In this document: positions 13,085 to 26,114 of the stretch, piece after piece
Layout: each line of letters starts with the position of its first letter
Position numbering within the stretch: the first letter of the stretch is position 1
Assembly: GCA_951406725.2 (NCBI GenBank)
Contig: OX597830.1
Span: forward strand, 35,030,001 to 35,094,000
DNA: 64,000 nucleotides
Direction: 5' to 3'
Origin: Octopus vulgaris
Taxonomy: Eukaryota
Notes under the pieces: generated by a model
Seen by the model: the letters and a program-made list of their open reading frames with translations, nothing else
Database searches by the model: none
What the model was told of the DNA's origin: nothing
Position numbers and translations under genes: made by a program

Positions 13085-13400
13085 TGCACTGGAAGTGTGA
13101 AAATCAATGGAGAGGTCCTAACACACCTCCGATTCTTAGATGACATAGTAACCATCTCCGAAACCACACGCATCTCGTAGGTCGTGTTTACAAAGCTGGA
13201 GATCCATAATCTAAGAGTAGGCCTTAAAATGGTTTGCATGGAAGCAAAATACATGCTTTCTGGAAACAGTACAAACGGAGAGTAGAGTTGGAAAGCGATG
13301 AACTAGAAGTGATAAAGGAATACATCTACTTGGACACGTGTATGCTGAAATCTTGAGAACATCATGGGCAGATTGAAATAAAAGACATTCTGAAAGCAAA
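13085..13400 (+). mobile_element. Degenerate RTE-like reverse transcriptase fragment
   Basis: 13096-13165 translates VKINGEVLTHLRFLDDIVTISET (HLRFADD motif); LRVGLKM at ~13211. Confidence 0.55.
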
Positions 13401-13999
13401 GCTGGGCCTACGTGCTAACCTCTTAAAGCTGGGCCTACGTGCAAACCTCTTAACTTTTGAGTGAAATTAGTGTACGGGCAGACGAATATTCTGCGTAAGC
13501 GCATCATAAAAATACATGTTTGTGTTTGTGTGTACGTGTCTTTTTCTTTGTTTATGGCTGCGTATAGGACTCCGTGTAGGACTAATATAAATGCAGTGAA
13601 GGGTGTGTTAAGCCCATGTAACTTAGCGGTTTTTCAAAACAAATTGCCAGAACGTAAAAACTATACTGGAAATAAGTATTGATGAAGAGTTTTTAAGTTC
13701 AGCCTCCAAATCCTTTCAACTTGATGCCCTAGAATTACCAAAATCAACATACACACAAGCACACACAAGTATATGTATATGTGTGGGTACGAGTTTGTGC
13801 GCGTGTGTATGACCATCTAGGGTCATGGAATCATGAAGGTGCACATTCTGTGGGCATTTGAATGCTTTTAAATGTTGCAATTCATGGATTCACCCGATGG
13901 AAACGGTTTTTCCTAATGTCTCCATTAATCAATCAAAAATTCTTTGAAAACAGATACACTTCCTGTCGTTGTCTTTCGTTTTTTGGGCGGTAATTCTCC

Positions 14000-14030
<31 letters not shown>

Positions 14031-14449
14031 CATGTATGTATGTATGTATGTATGTATGTATGTATGTATGTATGTATGTATGTGTGTGTGTATGCATGTA
14101 TATATATGTATGTATGTAATGTTGTGTGTGGGGAGAGTCATTTAGTTTTAATGCCTTATTAATTAACATACACACCGTTTCGATTTCCACTCATTTACTT
14201 CATTTTTGTTCTAGAATTTTCGTTGCATCTTGCAACCTCTTCAATTATTTTTTTACTTTGACCATAATCGGAACTGCGTTCTTTTTGTTTGTTTATTCAT
14301 GCACGTGTGTGTGCGTCAGTGCCCATATATATACACATATGCATGTTTGTGTATATGCATGTGTAAATGTGAATGCGTCTGTGTGCTTGTCTATTCCTAT
14401 TACCTATGTATCTATCTACTTACCTATCTGTTTACCTACATGTCCATTT

Positions 14450-15260
<811 letters not shown>

Positions 15261-15380
15261 TGTGTATGTAATGTAATTTAAGCGAAAATTATTTTGAGGG
15301 CTATATATTCATAAGGCACAATAGAAGTGAAAGTAACTGTCTTTATTTCTTCCTTTCTTCCTTCCCTCCCTTACATCTAT

Positions 15381-15418
<38 letters not shown>

Positions 15419-16359
15419 TTACTACTATTTGGTGAAATGGAATGTTTTCTTTTAATCTCTACTAAGTCTAAATTTTCCGCTGAAGTCTCTAATGAACGAA
15501 GTAAAAATAATCTGGGATTAAACCAAGAAAATACCATCTGGCGTTTATCTTTTTTAACACCAGTTAACAGTCCTCTTCCATGCATTCATATCATTTGCTA
15601 GAAATAGCAGCTAAATCTCCCTTAATCCCAATATACTCTCTCCAAATCACGACCGAACTAAATATTGTGGTAGACTATATAGTTCTCCATTTCTTGAAAT
15701 AACCATGATAGTCGCAGTTTAAATGCAATTTGTCATAAATTTGTTGAATCAGGTTTCAAATGAGCCAAAGCAAAGAACAACAGCAACAGCGACAACATCA
15801 ACAACATTGATCTTAAGCATAAGACCTCAGTATAGTTTGTGCTTTTTCCAATCTCGATAAAGGGATACGATTAATCGTAGGGACCATTGCTTTTGTCTCA
15901 CCCAGACGAAGTACCAGGATCACAAGGACCCCTACAAGAATATTGGAATCACTAAACCAATGAACACTACGGCCGTGACCATCACCACCATCGGCACCAC
16001 AATGAGCAGTACCTGATCCTTTTCTGTGTCATCCACCATCAACTTCATCAACATTTTCTAAGATGTTTCTCCATAACTAAGGCAAAATTTAGAAACACTT
16101 TCAGTACCACCGTATAATCACCAACCACCAACCAACAAACACCATCACAACCACAACAACCACTACCACCACCATCACCATTACCACCACCATTGATACA
16201 CCGGCGCCATCACCACCACATCAACTTCTTCCAGCCTTACCGCCATCAACATTACCATGACAACCACCTTGAAAAACACCATCACTCATTACCATCCCTG
16301 CATACACATCGTTCATGATCTCTTGTATCATCACCATCACCACTATTTTTACAACTACT

Positions 16360-16488
16360 ACTACTACTGAGGCTAATGTTAATAATAATAATAATAATAA
16401 TAATAAGAAGAAGAAGAAGAAGAAGAAGAAGAATGATGATGATGATGATAATAATAATAATATTAATAATAATAGTAATAATAATAAC

Positions 16489-16535
<47 letters not shown>

Positions 16536-16575
16536 TAATAATAATAATAATAACAATAATAATAATAATAATAAC

Positions 16576-16624
<49 letters not shown>

Positions 16625-16952
16625 TTAATAATAATAATAATAATAATAATGAAAATAATAATAATAATAACAACAACAACAAACACGAAGACGACGATGA
16701 CGACAAAAATGATAATAATAATTCATAGAGAAAATTGATTGAGATAAAAATCATTAAAATTAATTGGATTGATAAAAAAAAATATACATATATGTATACA
16801 TATATGCATTAAAATTAATTGGAAATTAGAGAATGAGAGTAATGACGACAGCGGTGCGAGAAAGGGTGGGGGTCGGTGGACGATATTAATGAAGATGATA
16901 GTGCCGCTACCACTGCTGCTGCTGCTGCTGCTGCTGCCTCTGCTGGTGATGG

Positions 16953-17011
<59 letters not shown>

Positions 17012-17206
17012 GTGACCGATGATGACGATGATGATGATTTTTATGATGATGATTTTTATGATGATGATGATGATGATGATGATCATGATCATGATGTTGA
17101 TGATCATGATGGGGATGATGATGATGATGAAGTTGATGATGGTGAGAAGGAGGAGGATGGTGGGGAGGAATGTTGGTAAAGGGGATGACGACAACGACAA
17201 CGATGA

Positions 17207-17237
<31 letters not shown>

Positions 17238-17320
17238 AATGATGACGACGACGACGATGATGAGGATGATGATGATGACGATGATGATGACATCAACGAT
17301 GACGACGATAATGATGATTA
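16360..17320. repeat. Compound trinucleotide arrays (AAT)n, (GAA)n, (CTG)n, (GAT)n
   Basis: Directly visible; source of poly-N/D/L/M ORFs. Confidence 0.9.
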
Positions 17321-18456
17321 ATTTTGTTTGTCTTTATTATTTTTTTAAAAAATTTATTTTCGGATAACACCATTTAATTAGTAAAACGAATCAATTATTT
17401 TTCGTTTGGGAAAGAGAGACTGCTACAACAACTTACATCTGCCGTGACATGACATAACATAACATATAACACGGCGAATTAATAATTTTTTTTCTTTCTT
17501 ATTTATAATTCTTCTGTGTATAGTGATTTTTTGTTTTCATTTTTATTCATTTATTTATTTCTTTATTTATTAATGTATTAATTAATTTACTTGTTTGATT
17601 TGTTCATCGGAAACTTCGTTAATTTTTTCCCCTCTTTTTCACTTTTTAATTTCATTTTGTTCCTTTATTTTTTTTTTTATAAACAAATAATTAATACCGT
17701 AATGAAGAGAAGAGGCGTTGAAAAATCTTTGTGTAGTTTTCCAAGCGAAACTTGCCATCCTCTGATACATTACCAGTATTCAGTTCAAAAGGGCGCGTTT
17801 CTGAGTGCAAATAATCAAGAGGTGAACTTAACAGTAGTGGGTTATTCTCTATTGTTATCGATCATATGAGATGGGGTGGAACAGGAGGGTCATCGTTTAA
17901 AGTTTAATGATGAAGAGTGTTTTAGAGAGCAACATTTAAGCTTCGTGAATTCTAAAACAAGGTTGTAGTTTTCTTAAATTGAATCATGTTTCATTAAAGC
18001 TGTTAATAACCCTCGGGTGTTATGTTAACTTCATATTTATTTGTAAGCCACCGTGTTGTGTGGTGTGATAAACTACCTTTCTATAAATATGCAAAGAACC
18101 CCTATAAGCCATTCAACATGCTAGAAAGAGTAACCGAAATTATTTGAAATATTAACTACCATAAAAAATGGTATATATTAATGTAGTCTTGTATCATTTC
18201 GATGTCTCTTAACCCTTTTTTCCTATATTCCTCTCTCGGTACGTTTCCAAGTTCAGAATAAATGTACCTCAGCCTCTTTCTAAGACGAGTATTTTAGCTG
18301 TATTCAATTTTACAAGCTGTACATTGAATTTTTGTGAATAGAGGCTAGAATTACATTCTAAGCACGTTTACTTCTGCTCTGAAATTAATTCCCAACCGAT
18401 GTCAGCGTGACAGTTTGGAGCAAAGAATTTCTTATACAATATATCTGATGGTTAAA

Positions 18457-18600
18457 GCGGCGAGCTGGCAGAGAAGGTTAGCACGCCGAACGAAGTGCTT
18501 AGCTCTATTTCGTCTGTCTTTACGTTCTGAGTTCAAATTCCGCCGAGGTCGACTTTGCTTTTCATCCTGTCGGAGTCGATAAATTAAGTATCAGTTGCAT
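18457..18600 (+). mobile_element. SINE family A, 3'-truncated
   Basis: gcggcgagctggcaga..gttagcacgccg..gttctgagttcaaattccgccgaggtcgactttgcttttcatcc; A box TGGCAGA, B box GTTCAAATTCC. Confidence 0.8.
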
Positions 18601-18716
18601 ATCTCTCTATCTCTTTCTCTCTCTCTCTCACGCGCGCGCACACACAGTTTTACCGTCCTCTCACCTCAGCGTGACAGATTTCTACGCCAAAAGTATCTAT
18701 CGTTGACATAATATCG

Positions 18717-19107
18717 CGCTGGCAGAATTGTTAGCATGCCGGGCGAAATGCTAAGCGGTATTTCGTCTGTCGCTATGTTCTGAGTTCAAATTCCACCGAG
18801 GGCCACTTTGCCTTTCATCCTTTCGGGGTCGATTAAATAAGTACCAATTACGGACTGAGGTCGATATAATCGACTTAATCTGATTGTCTGTCCTTGTTTG
18901 TCCTCTCCGTGTTTAGCCCCTTGTGGGTAGTAAAGAATTAGGTTTTTCGTCTGCCGTTACGTTCTGATTTCGAATTCCGCCGAGGTCGAATTTGGCTTTC
19001 ATCCTTTCGGGTCGGTTAAATAAGTACCAGTTGCGCACTGGGGTCGATATAATCGACTTAATCGTTTGTCCCCTCTGTGTTCAGCCCCTTGCGGGAAGTG
19101 AAGAAAT
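18717..19107 (+). mobile_element. SINE family A dimer (head-body-tail1 followed by headless body-tail1)
   Basis: First unit ends gtgggtagtaaagaatta and the second starts ggtttttcgtctgccgttacgttctg. Confidence 0.8.
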
Positions 19108-19282
19108 AACATTATAATATCGCAGATATTTCTGTAAGAGAGAAAATGAGGGCTTCACTTCAACGATGCATTTGAATATGGGTCTGTACAAATGGGTTGA
19201 CATCAGTTAAAACAGAAAAAAACAATTAGTATGCGATTTTTCCTTACATTTAAACGCATTTGCAGCAATAGTATTCAAATAA

Positions 19283-19595
19283 GGCGGTGGCTGTGTTGTT
19301 AGAAGTTTGTTTCCCAGCCACTTGGTTCTAGGTTTAGTCCCACTGTGCTGGCACCTTAGGCAAGTGTCTTCTACTGTATCTCTGGGACGATGTGTCTCTA
19401 TATATATGTGTGTGTTTCGCCAAAACGCTTGTTAGTGTGTTTACGTTGTCGTAACCTAGAGATTCGGCAAAAACCACGACAGAATACGTAGAAGGCTATA
19501 AAAAATTGGTTGTTTTTATCGATTAACCCCTTCGAACCCGTGCCCCAGCATGGTCGCGGTTCAATGACGGAGGCAACTAAACGATAGAGACAGGT
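19283..19595 (+). mobile_element. SINE family B, diverged
   Basis: gtggctgtgttgttagaagtttg..ggcaccttaggcaagtgtcttctact..gtgccccagcatggtcgc. Confidence 0.6.
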
Positions 19596-20696
19596 ATTAG
19601 GCTTACTCTGCCGCTCGGTACAAGATTCCTCCACCTCACCTTAGGTACCCTAATGTGTTGCAAATATTTGGACTAGGCTCCTAATTACTCCCGTTCCGCC
19701 TCTAACTTAGGCTTTAAAATGCCTTACAGATTAGATCACGAGCATTATTGTACGACCTCTTTCATTTTCATGACTTCATTGACATGGTTTTCAATGTATA
19801 GTTTTATATTCGAAAGAAAAATATGAGGTTAACAATTTGCAAATTTCTCTCAACAGTATTAATACTAACTCATTACTGTAATTTAATCACGTAGCATAAA
19901 CACTCAAATAAGATTAAGAAATGTCTGCAAAGACTTGAAGAGCTCATCATGATCGGTGCTTAGCCTTGGTTCGGTTAAATAGCATCAATCAAATAAAACA
20001 TTGGCATCTACCCTGGAGAATACGTCAATATACTTATCTTAGGTGGCATTCCCAGAAATCCGTTTAAGTATCCGAATCGGCAAAGTAAACGAATTGAAAT
20101 CAGTAAAAATTGAATTACATGATAGAGACAAGAAATGAAACACCTGCGATTGCAGATAAAAGTTTACGATAGCACATGGTAGGTAAATTATATTCAAAGC
20201 AAGCTGAATATGCTATGCAAACAAACAGGTTAGGATTAGTGTTACGTTTATAAATAAATTGAAGTTAAAATTTTAAATTGCTTCAACCGGAAATTGAAAT
20301 TGGGTTACAGACGTACGTCCCTTAGACCTATGCTCAGGAATAATCTTTTATAATAAATTATTATTGATTTTACAAAATTTATAGAACATGGCTTTTGTTC
20401 TTACATGTAGGTCATACAGAATATCCTAATATTTCATAATCGTTATGGGATCACAATGAACAATGGCCGCTCTATCCTGACATGATGGCTGATATTACCT
20501 CTACAACAAAACTAACATCCAGTTCAACAGCAACAACAACACAAGCAACTTATGTCGAATAAGTCTGTGTCAGTTCGTTGAAGCTATTATAAATATCACT
20601 CAAATCACATTTCGTCTTACGAAAGAAAGAATACGCCGTATAGTTTATTCCGAGGGATACTATAAAATATGATTATACTAATTTTTACTAAGAATA

Positions 20697-20912
20697 GGGT
20701 AGCGAGCTGGCAGATTTCTAAACGCACCTGACAAAGTACTTAATACTATTTCTTCGGGCTTTACGTCCTGAGTTCACACGCCGCCATTACAGACTTTGCT
20801 TTTCATCCTTTTGTAGTCGATAAAATAAGTACCATTTGAGCACCTGGTCAACGCTATTATCTTTCCCATCCCATCAAAATTACTGGCCTTGTACCTAAAA
20901 TTAGAAAGAATT
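20697..20912 (+). mobile_element. SINE family A with tail 2
   Basis: gcgagctggcaga..ctgagttca..gactttgcttttcatcctttt..caaaattactggccttgtacctaaaattagaaagaatt. Confidence 0.7.
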
Positions 20913-21468
20913 ACATACTAGGAATACCCTTTTAATCGGAGATAAGTATCTATCCGAAATCCTTTGAACGCAGGCAAGTGTTCCTGTTAGAAAGAGCAGT
21001 CAAATTTTACTAAAGCCATGCCTTCAAGTGGAAGAACAAGCGATATGTCAATCTTATATGTGCTTTAGTCTTAAATAGTGACATAATATTTGCAGTTATA
21101 ATGTATTTGATTAGAGATTTTCGGGTTCAGCATTGACCTGTGATACAAAATTACAAACAAAACTAACAAGACGGTCCTCACTACGTAGGAATTTCAACTC
21201 ACAAAACTTACTCAAACTCCATTCTGCCACCTTTAGAAAAAGTAAGTATACATTAGATGATGTAGTTTGGAATATTCTATGCCTAAGAAAAAGTTAGGAG
21301 TAGTGAAGCTGAAACACCTTGTATCAGGTGTATACACAAATGGCGTTGATCTGGTGCTCAGCAATAACAATATAGCAACGTGACCATCGAATTTGAAAAT
21401 TAACTTCTTGGTAGCGATAACGGATTTTTTTATTAGCATTTACAGATTTAAATTACCTTACAAATATC

Positions 21469-21699
21469 TATTTCTTTACTACCCACAAGGGGCTAAACAT
21501 AGAGGGGACAAACAAGGACAGACAAAGGGATTAAGTCGATTACATCGACCCCAGTACGAAACTGGTACTTTATTTATCGACCCCGAAAGGATGAAAGACA
21601 AAGTCAACCTCGGCGGAATTCGAACTCAGAACGTAACGACAGACGAAATACCGCTAAGCATTTCGCCCTGCGCGCTAACGTTTCTGCCAGCTCGCCGCC
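21469..21699 (-). mobile_element. SINE family A monomer with tail 1, young full-length copy
   Basis: Reverse complement of complete head-body-tail1 unit ending ttgtgggtagtaaagaaata. Confidence 0.85.
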
Positions 21700-22006
21700 T
21701 TCATCACCTTACAAATATCATCAAGGATAAGCCAGCAACGCCTGGAATTTAATAACTTATTCCTCCACCTGATGTCACTGTCTTCTTTCTTTATTCTTTC
21801 TTTTACAAATTTGCAAACTGTGTTTATTATTTTACTCATATCGTAATCAGTGAAGACAAGCGTCGTTTATTGCAGTTTTCTTACAAAATCATCAATGTTT
21901 CTCTGTAATTATGACGGGAAGAGTGTCAAAGTAATATACGTAAATTGTCAAGGACAAATATGACGAATTATTTCTGTCGAAGGACGGTTTTCAATTTTTG
22001 TTTTGT

Positions 22007-22163
22007 GGAGTGGCTGCGTGGTAAGTAGCTTGCTTACTAGCCACATGGTTCCGGGTTCAATCCCATTGTGTGGCACCTTGGGCAAGTGTCTTCTACTATA
22101 GCCTCGGGCCGACCAGAGCCTTGCGAGAGGATTTGGTAGACGGAAACTGAAAGAAGCCCGTCG

Positions 22164-22204
<41 letters not shown>

Positions 22205-22410
22205 TTGTGTGTGTTTATGTTTGTGTGTCTGTGTTTGACCCGCGCAACATCGCTTGACAACCGATGCTGGTGTGTTTACGTCCCCGTAACTTAGCAATTT
22301 GGCAAAAGAGACTGATAGAATAAGTACTAGGCTCATGGGGTTGATTTGCTCGACTAAATGCGGTGCTCCAGCATGGCCACAGTCAAATGAATGAAACAAT
22401 TAAAAGAGTA
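22007..22410 (+). mobile_element. SINE family B, full-length (tRNA-like head, CORE-like motif, internal (TA)n/(TG)n, tail)
   Basis: A box TGGCTGCGTGG, B box GGTTCAATCCC, caccttgggcaagtg resembling the CORE-SINE motif; octopus CORE SINEs are known but I cannot confirm the family name. Confidence 0.85.
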
Positions 22411-22576
22411 TGTGTGAGACGGGTGTCGGTTTAATTTCCAACTGTCAATTTCCAATCTCATTCAATGGTTAATCTGGAACTCTAGTGTCGAAGACATCTA
22501 ACGATGGTGCTGCAAAGCTAAACCAAAACGCGAAACTGTGACTGAGATGAGAACATTTCACTCTCTCTCTCTCTCC

Positions 22577-22615
<39 letters not shown>

Positions 22616-23741
22616 CTGTGTAATCCAACCATGCCTGCGTCCTTGTGCCTATATATGGAATCGGTAATAAAATTATCAACATTAACAACGACCACAACAA
22701 CGTTATTCCAAGAACAGCAACTTGAGCAACTATAAAAATATAAAGAAAAAATTACAGCAGCAACAGTAACAAAACAGACAAACAACACAAAGCAAAATAA
22801 AAAAAGAAAAAGAAATGCATCAAAATTAACAGCAGCATCACTATCAAGTAAAGAAACCACCAGAAACAAAAAAAAACAATATTAGACTAACCATTTCAAG
22901 GATGTTAAATAGAGGAAGAAAAAATCTATAATGATTAAAAAAAAATTAGCATCACTAATGACTTGATTTTAAAGAATTAAATTAAAATGTGCAATTGAGC
23001 AGTTTCCGGGCAAATTTGTTTTTAAATTTTTTTTTTTATGTTTTCTTAATTCTACCCCTTAATTTTCGTTTCGACTCTTTTTAATTTCACTTGCTTCGCT
23101 GTTTAAAAAAAAATAGCTCTGTTCTTTCTCAGTCTTGTCTTCTCACCTTTCTCTCCTCTCACTCTTTCTCTCTCGCGCGCGCTCTCTATCTCTGTCTCTC
23201 TATCTCTATCTATGTTTCTATCAATCTATCAATTTATCTCATACACACAGTTTCTATACTACTGAGACGTCACTATATTTCATGCCACAAGAAATTCTGA
23301 ATAGAAAAGCTTGAAAAATAATTAGGAATATCGGAGTTATTTTGTTGCTTTGTGTATTTAAATATTTTACTGTTGGTTATTTTTGTCTATTTTTTTTCAT
23401 GTTGGGTATTGCTTCTATTGGTGGTTTGCGTGTAATTTCATTTGTGAGTTTGCAATAGCTGTTGCTGTGAGAAGCTAATAGAGATGATTTCGCTGTCAGT
23501 GATGGTTGTCAGTCACTATGGTCGAGCAGTTATGTGTTGTGTGAAGAAAAATGCTGTTTAGCAGGCTCTATTTTGGTGGCGTATTGGAGCCGACAGAAAA
23601 AATTTTGTACTGCGATGTCGTTTTGCACTGATGGCACTTCAAGCAATGACGGTATTTGACATTTTCAGTCTGCAAAACGTCTTATAACTATTTGCTTTTC
23701 AATAACTCTGAAGTAAAAATATCGAGTAAGTGGAATAATTA

Positions 23742-24306
23742 TTGGGTTGTCCGGAAAGTTCGTGCCAATTTATAGTAGCTTACCTTTCGACTTATTTTAA
23801 AACACGGTTGAGTCCATAGAATAGGAATTTGACTACACCTCCATTTAGAGCACAGTTTAAGCTATATTTTCGTGGAAGAAGGTTTATGTTCCTTAACCTG
23901 TGTTAATTCTGTAACCCTTTAAAATGGAAGATAAAAAGGTTCATTTTCGGCACTTTATGCTTTGGGAACCAGACAAAAATTTCTGCAGCTCGGCTGGGAC
24001 GTGTTACCCCACCCTCCATATTCACAAGTTATTGCTCCTTTGGATTTTCACTTATTCAGGTATCTGCAGAATAGTCTTAATGGTAAAAATGTCAATTCCT
24101 TGATGACGTAAAATGATACCTTGATGAATTCTTTGCCATGAAACCACCTCAATTCTAGGAAGAGAGTATTTTCAAGTTAAAGGAAAGATGGAGATGCATT
24201 GTGCAACCAAATGGTTTACATTTGGTTGATTAAAAATGTAATGGCAAGTATTTATTGACCTTTTTCTTTCCTTTAAAAATCGGCACGAACTTTCAGGACA
24301 ACCCAA
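23742..24306 (+). mobile_element. Internally deleted mariner transposon with intact TIRs and TA TSD
   Basis: TA|ttgggttgtccggaaagttcgtgccaattt ... aaatcggcacgaactttcaggacaacccaa|TA; MEDKKVHFRHFMLWE fused to LQLGWDVLPHPPYSQVIAPLDFHLFR (YSPDLAPSD-like). Confidence 0.9.
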
Positions 24307-24389
24307 TAATTTTGCTGTCGTTACTGATTTTGTTATTGTTTTTGTTTTTTGTGGTCGTTGTTGATGATATAAGTAGCGTTAGTGGTGGC

Positions 24390-24805
24390 AATGGTAAATG
24401 TGGTTGCATGAGATCAGCCCTAATCTAACAGACCCATGCGGAAAATATTTATTGATGTTGTTAACCGGTCTTTTGGCGTATCTAGAACTATCTTATCTAA
24501 TGTACTTACTCACTGGTAGAAAATAATGTTAAAATTGAAGGATTTCTATAATTTGTTTTATCGTGTAGCCAAAGACAGAACAACTCATATGATACGACAG
24601 TGGTGGAGGTGGTTGCTTGCGATCTGCCCTAATCTGGAAGATTCAAGCAGAAAATACTTATAAACATAGTGAACTCGTCTGTTAATGTATCTACAACTAC
24701 CTTATCTTATATAGTTATTCGTTGATAGAAGATATTAAAATTGAAGGGTTTTTATAAATAGTATTATCGTGTAGCCAAAGAGAGAACAGCAGCTCCCATG
24801 ATCTT
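24390..24805. repeat. Diverged tandem duplication, ~210-bp period
   Basis: gtggttgc..gatc.gccctaatct..gtatcta.aacta.cttatct..ttaaaattgaagg..ttatcgtgtagccaaaga.agaaca occurs twice. Confidence 0.8.
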
Positions 24806-25029
24806 ATATTTGCAGGTTCACGGAGACTATTAATAAGGGAAGGACGAAGTTCTCCTCAAACCAAAGACATGGCCTAAAATCATGCAAAAAGGAATGTTTG
24901 TTAAAAGTATCCAAAGGCAGCTTAGTGTGGTGTTCACAACAGGTGATTCATTGCGTGTATTACCTATTCGACCATTCGTAGACTTACATGGGAATCACAT
25001 ATTTGGATCTGTTGAAATATGTCGCTTTG

Positions 25030-25215
25030 GGTAAGAAGGGGTAATCGATTAAATCGACTGTAGTATATGACTGCACTTTATTGTATGAACCTCAGTCGGA
25101 TAAAAAGCAATGTTGACTCCAGCGGGATTTTAACTCAAACCATAAAGAGCCGGAGAAACGGGGCAATGCATTTTCTCTGGCACTTCACCGATTCTGACAT
25201 TCCACAATTCGCGCC
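25030..25215 (-). mobile_element. SINE family A, degenerate
   Basis: aatcgattaaatcgac..ggataaaaagcaatgttgactccagcgggattttaactca. Confidence 0.55.
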
Positions 25216-25239
25216 ACGTACCCTTGTATGCATGTATGT

Positions 25240-25610
25240 ATGTTTTGAGTCAAAACTTTTACAATATATTTGCTTTATTTGTCAAGTTACAGCAAAAGGA
25301 TTCAAAGTAGAGGCAATCGTGTTGCATCGTCTGAAACCCCTTTCTACCGTGTGTGACGAAGAATTCCTTCACTGAAGTTTTCATCTCCTCTTGGTTGATG
25401 AAGCGTCGCGAGCGCAGAAAGTGAACAGTGGATTGGGACAAGATTATAATCTGAGGGAGATAGGCCCGAACTATATGTTGGGTACGACATGAGTTTCATT
25501 CTTTGAACCTCTTCATGCCCGTTCGAGCAGTGTGAGGTCTTGCGTTGTCTCGCAAAAGAAGAATTCACTTTTTGTTAACCAATGCTGGTTATTTCCGCCA
25601 CACATTGGAT
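25240..25610 (-). mobile_element. Mariner transposase C-terminal relic
   Basis: ORFs give MSYPTYSSGLSPSDYNL and HFLRSRRFINQEEMKTSVKEFF..LYFE. Confidence 0.7.
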
Positions 25611-25625
25611 TATTGTTATTGGCAA

Positions 25626-26035
25626 GGCGGTGACCTGGCAGAATCGTTAGCACGCTGGACAGCAAATATTCTGCTCAATACCGCAGATTTGCTAGTCAGT
25701 TGTTTGATTTTAACCAGTTGAGCATGTCCCTTAGTGGCTGACGATATGTGCATCTCTGATCAAGAGCAGAAGTAGTGGGGGAGCATCATAGCCATGTGTT
25801 GAGAGGGATTCTTTGGGGTTTTAATAATTCACCTCTGGAAACATGGGTGGTTCTTTCAACATCCTTAAACAACCCTTATTCGGGGACCTTACTGCTTAGC
25901 AGTATTTGTTCCGTTTTAAATTCAAATTCCACTGGGGTCGATGAAATTTCAGCAGGACACTGCATTCGATGTAATCGACTATACCCTTCCACGAAAGTAT
26001 CGGGCTTTCTGACTATAGAAGACGGGATTGTTATT
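25626..26035 (+). mobile_element. SINE family A interrupted by a 232-bp fragment of family D
   Basis: Head ggcggtgacctggcagaatcgttagcacgctggac breaks at ~25660 and resumes at 25891 (tgcttagcagtattt..ttcaaattcc). Confidence 0.75.
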
Positions 26036-26037
26036 AA

Positions 26038-26114
<77 letters not shown>

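Noticed and set aside
13398-13453. 27-bp direct repeat aaagctgggcctacgtgc(t/a)aacctctt x2
   Set aside because: Only two adjacent units with no spacer; simple slippage duplication, not CRISPR-like
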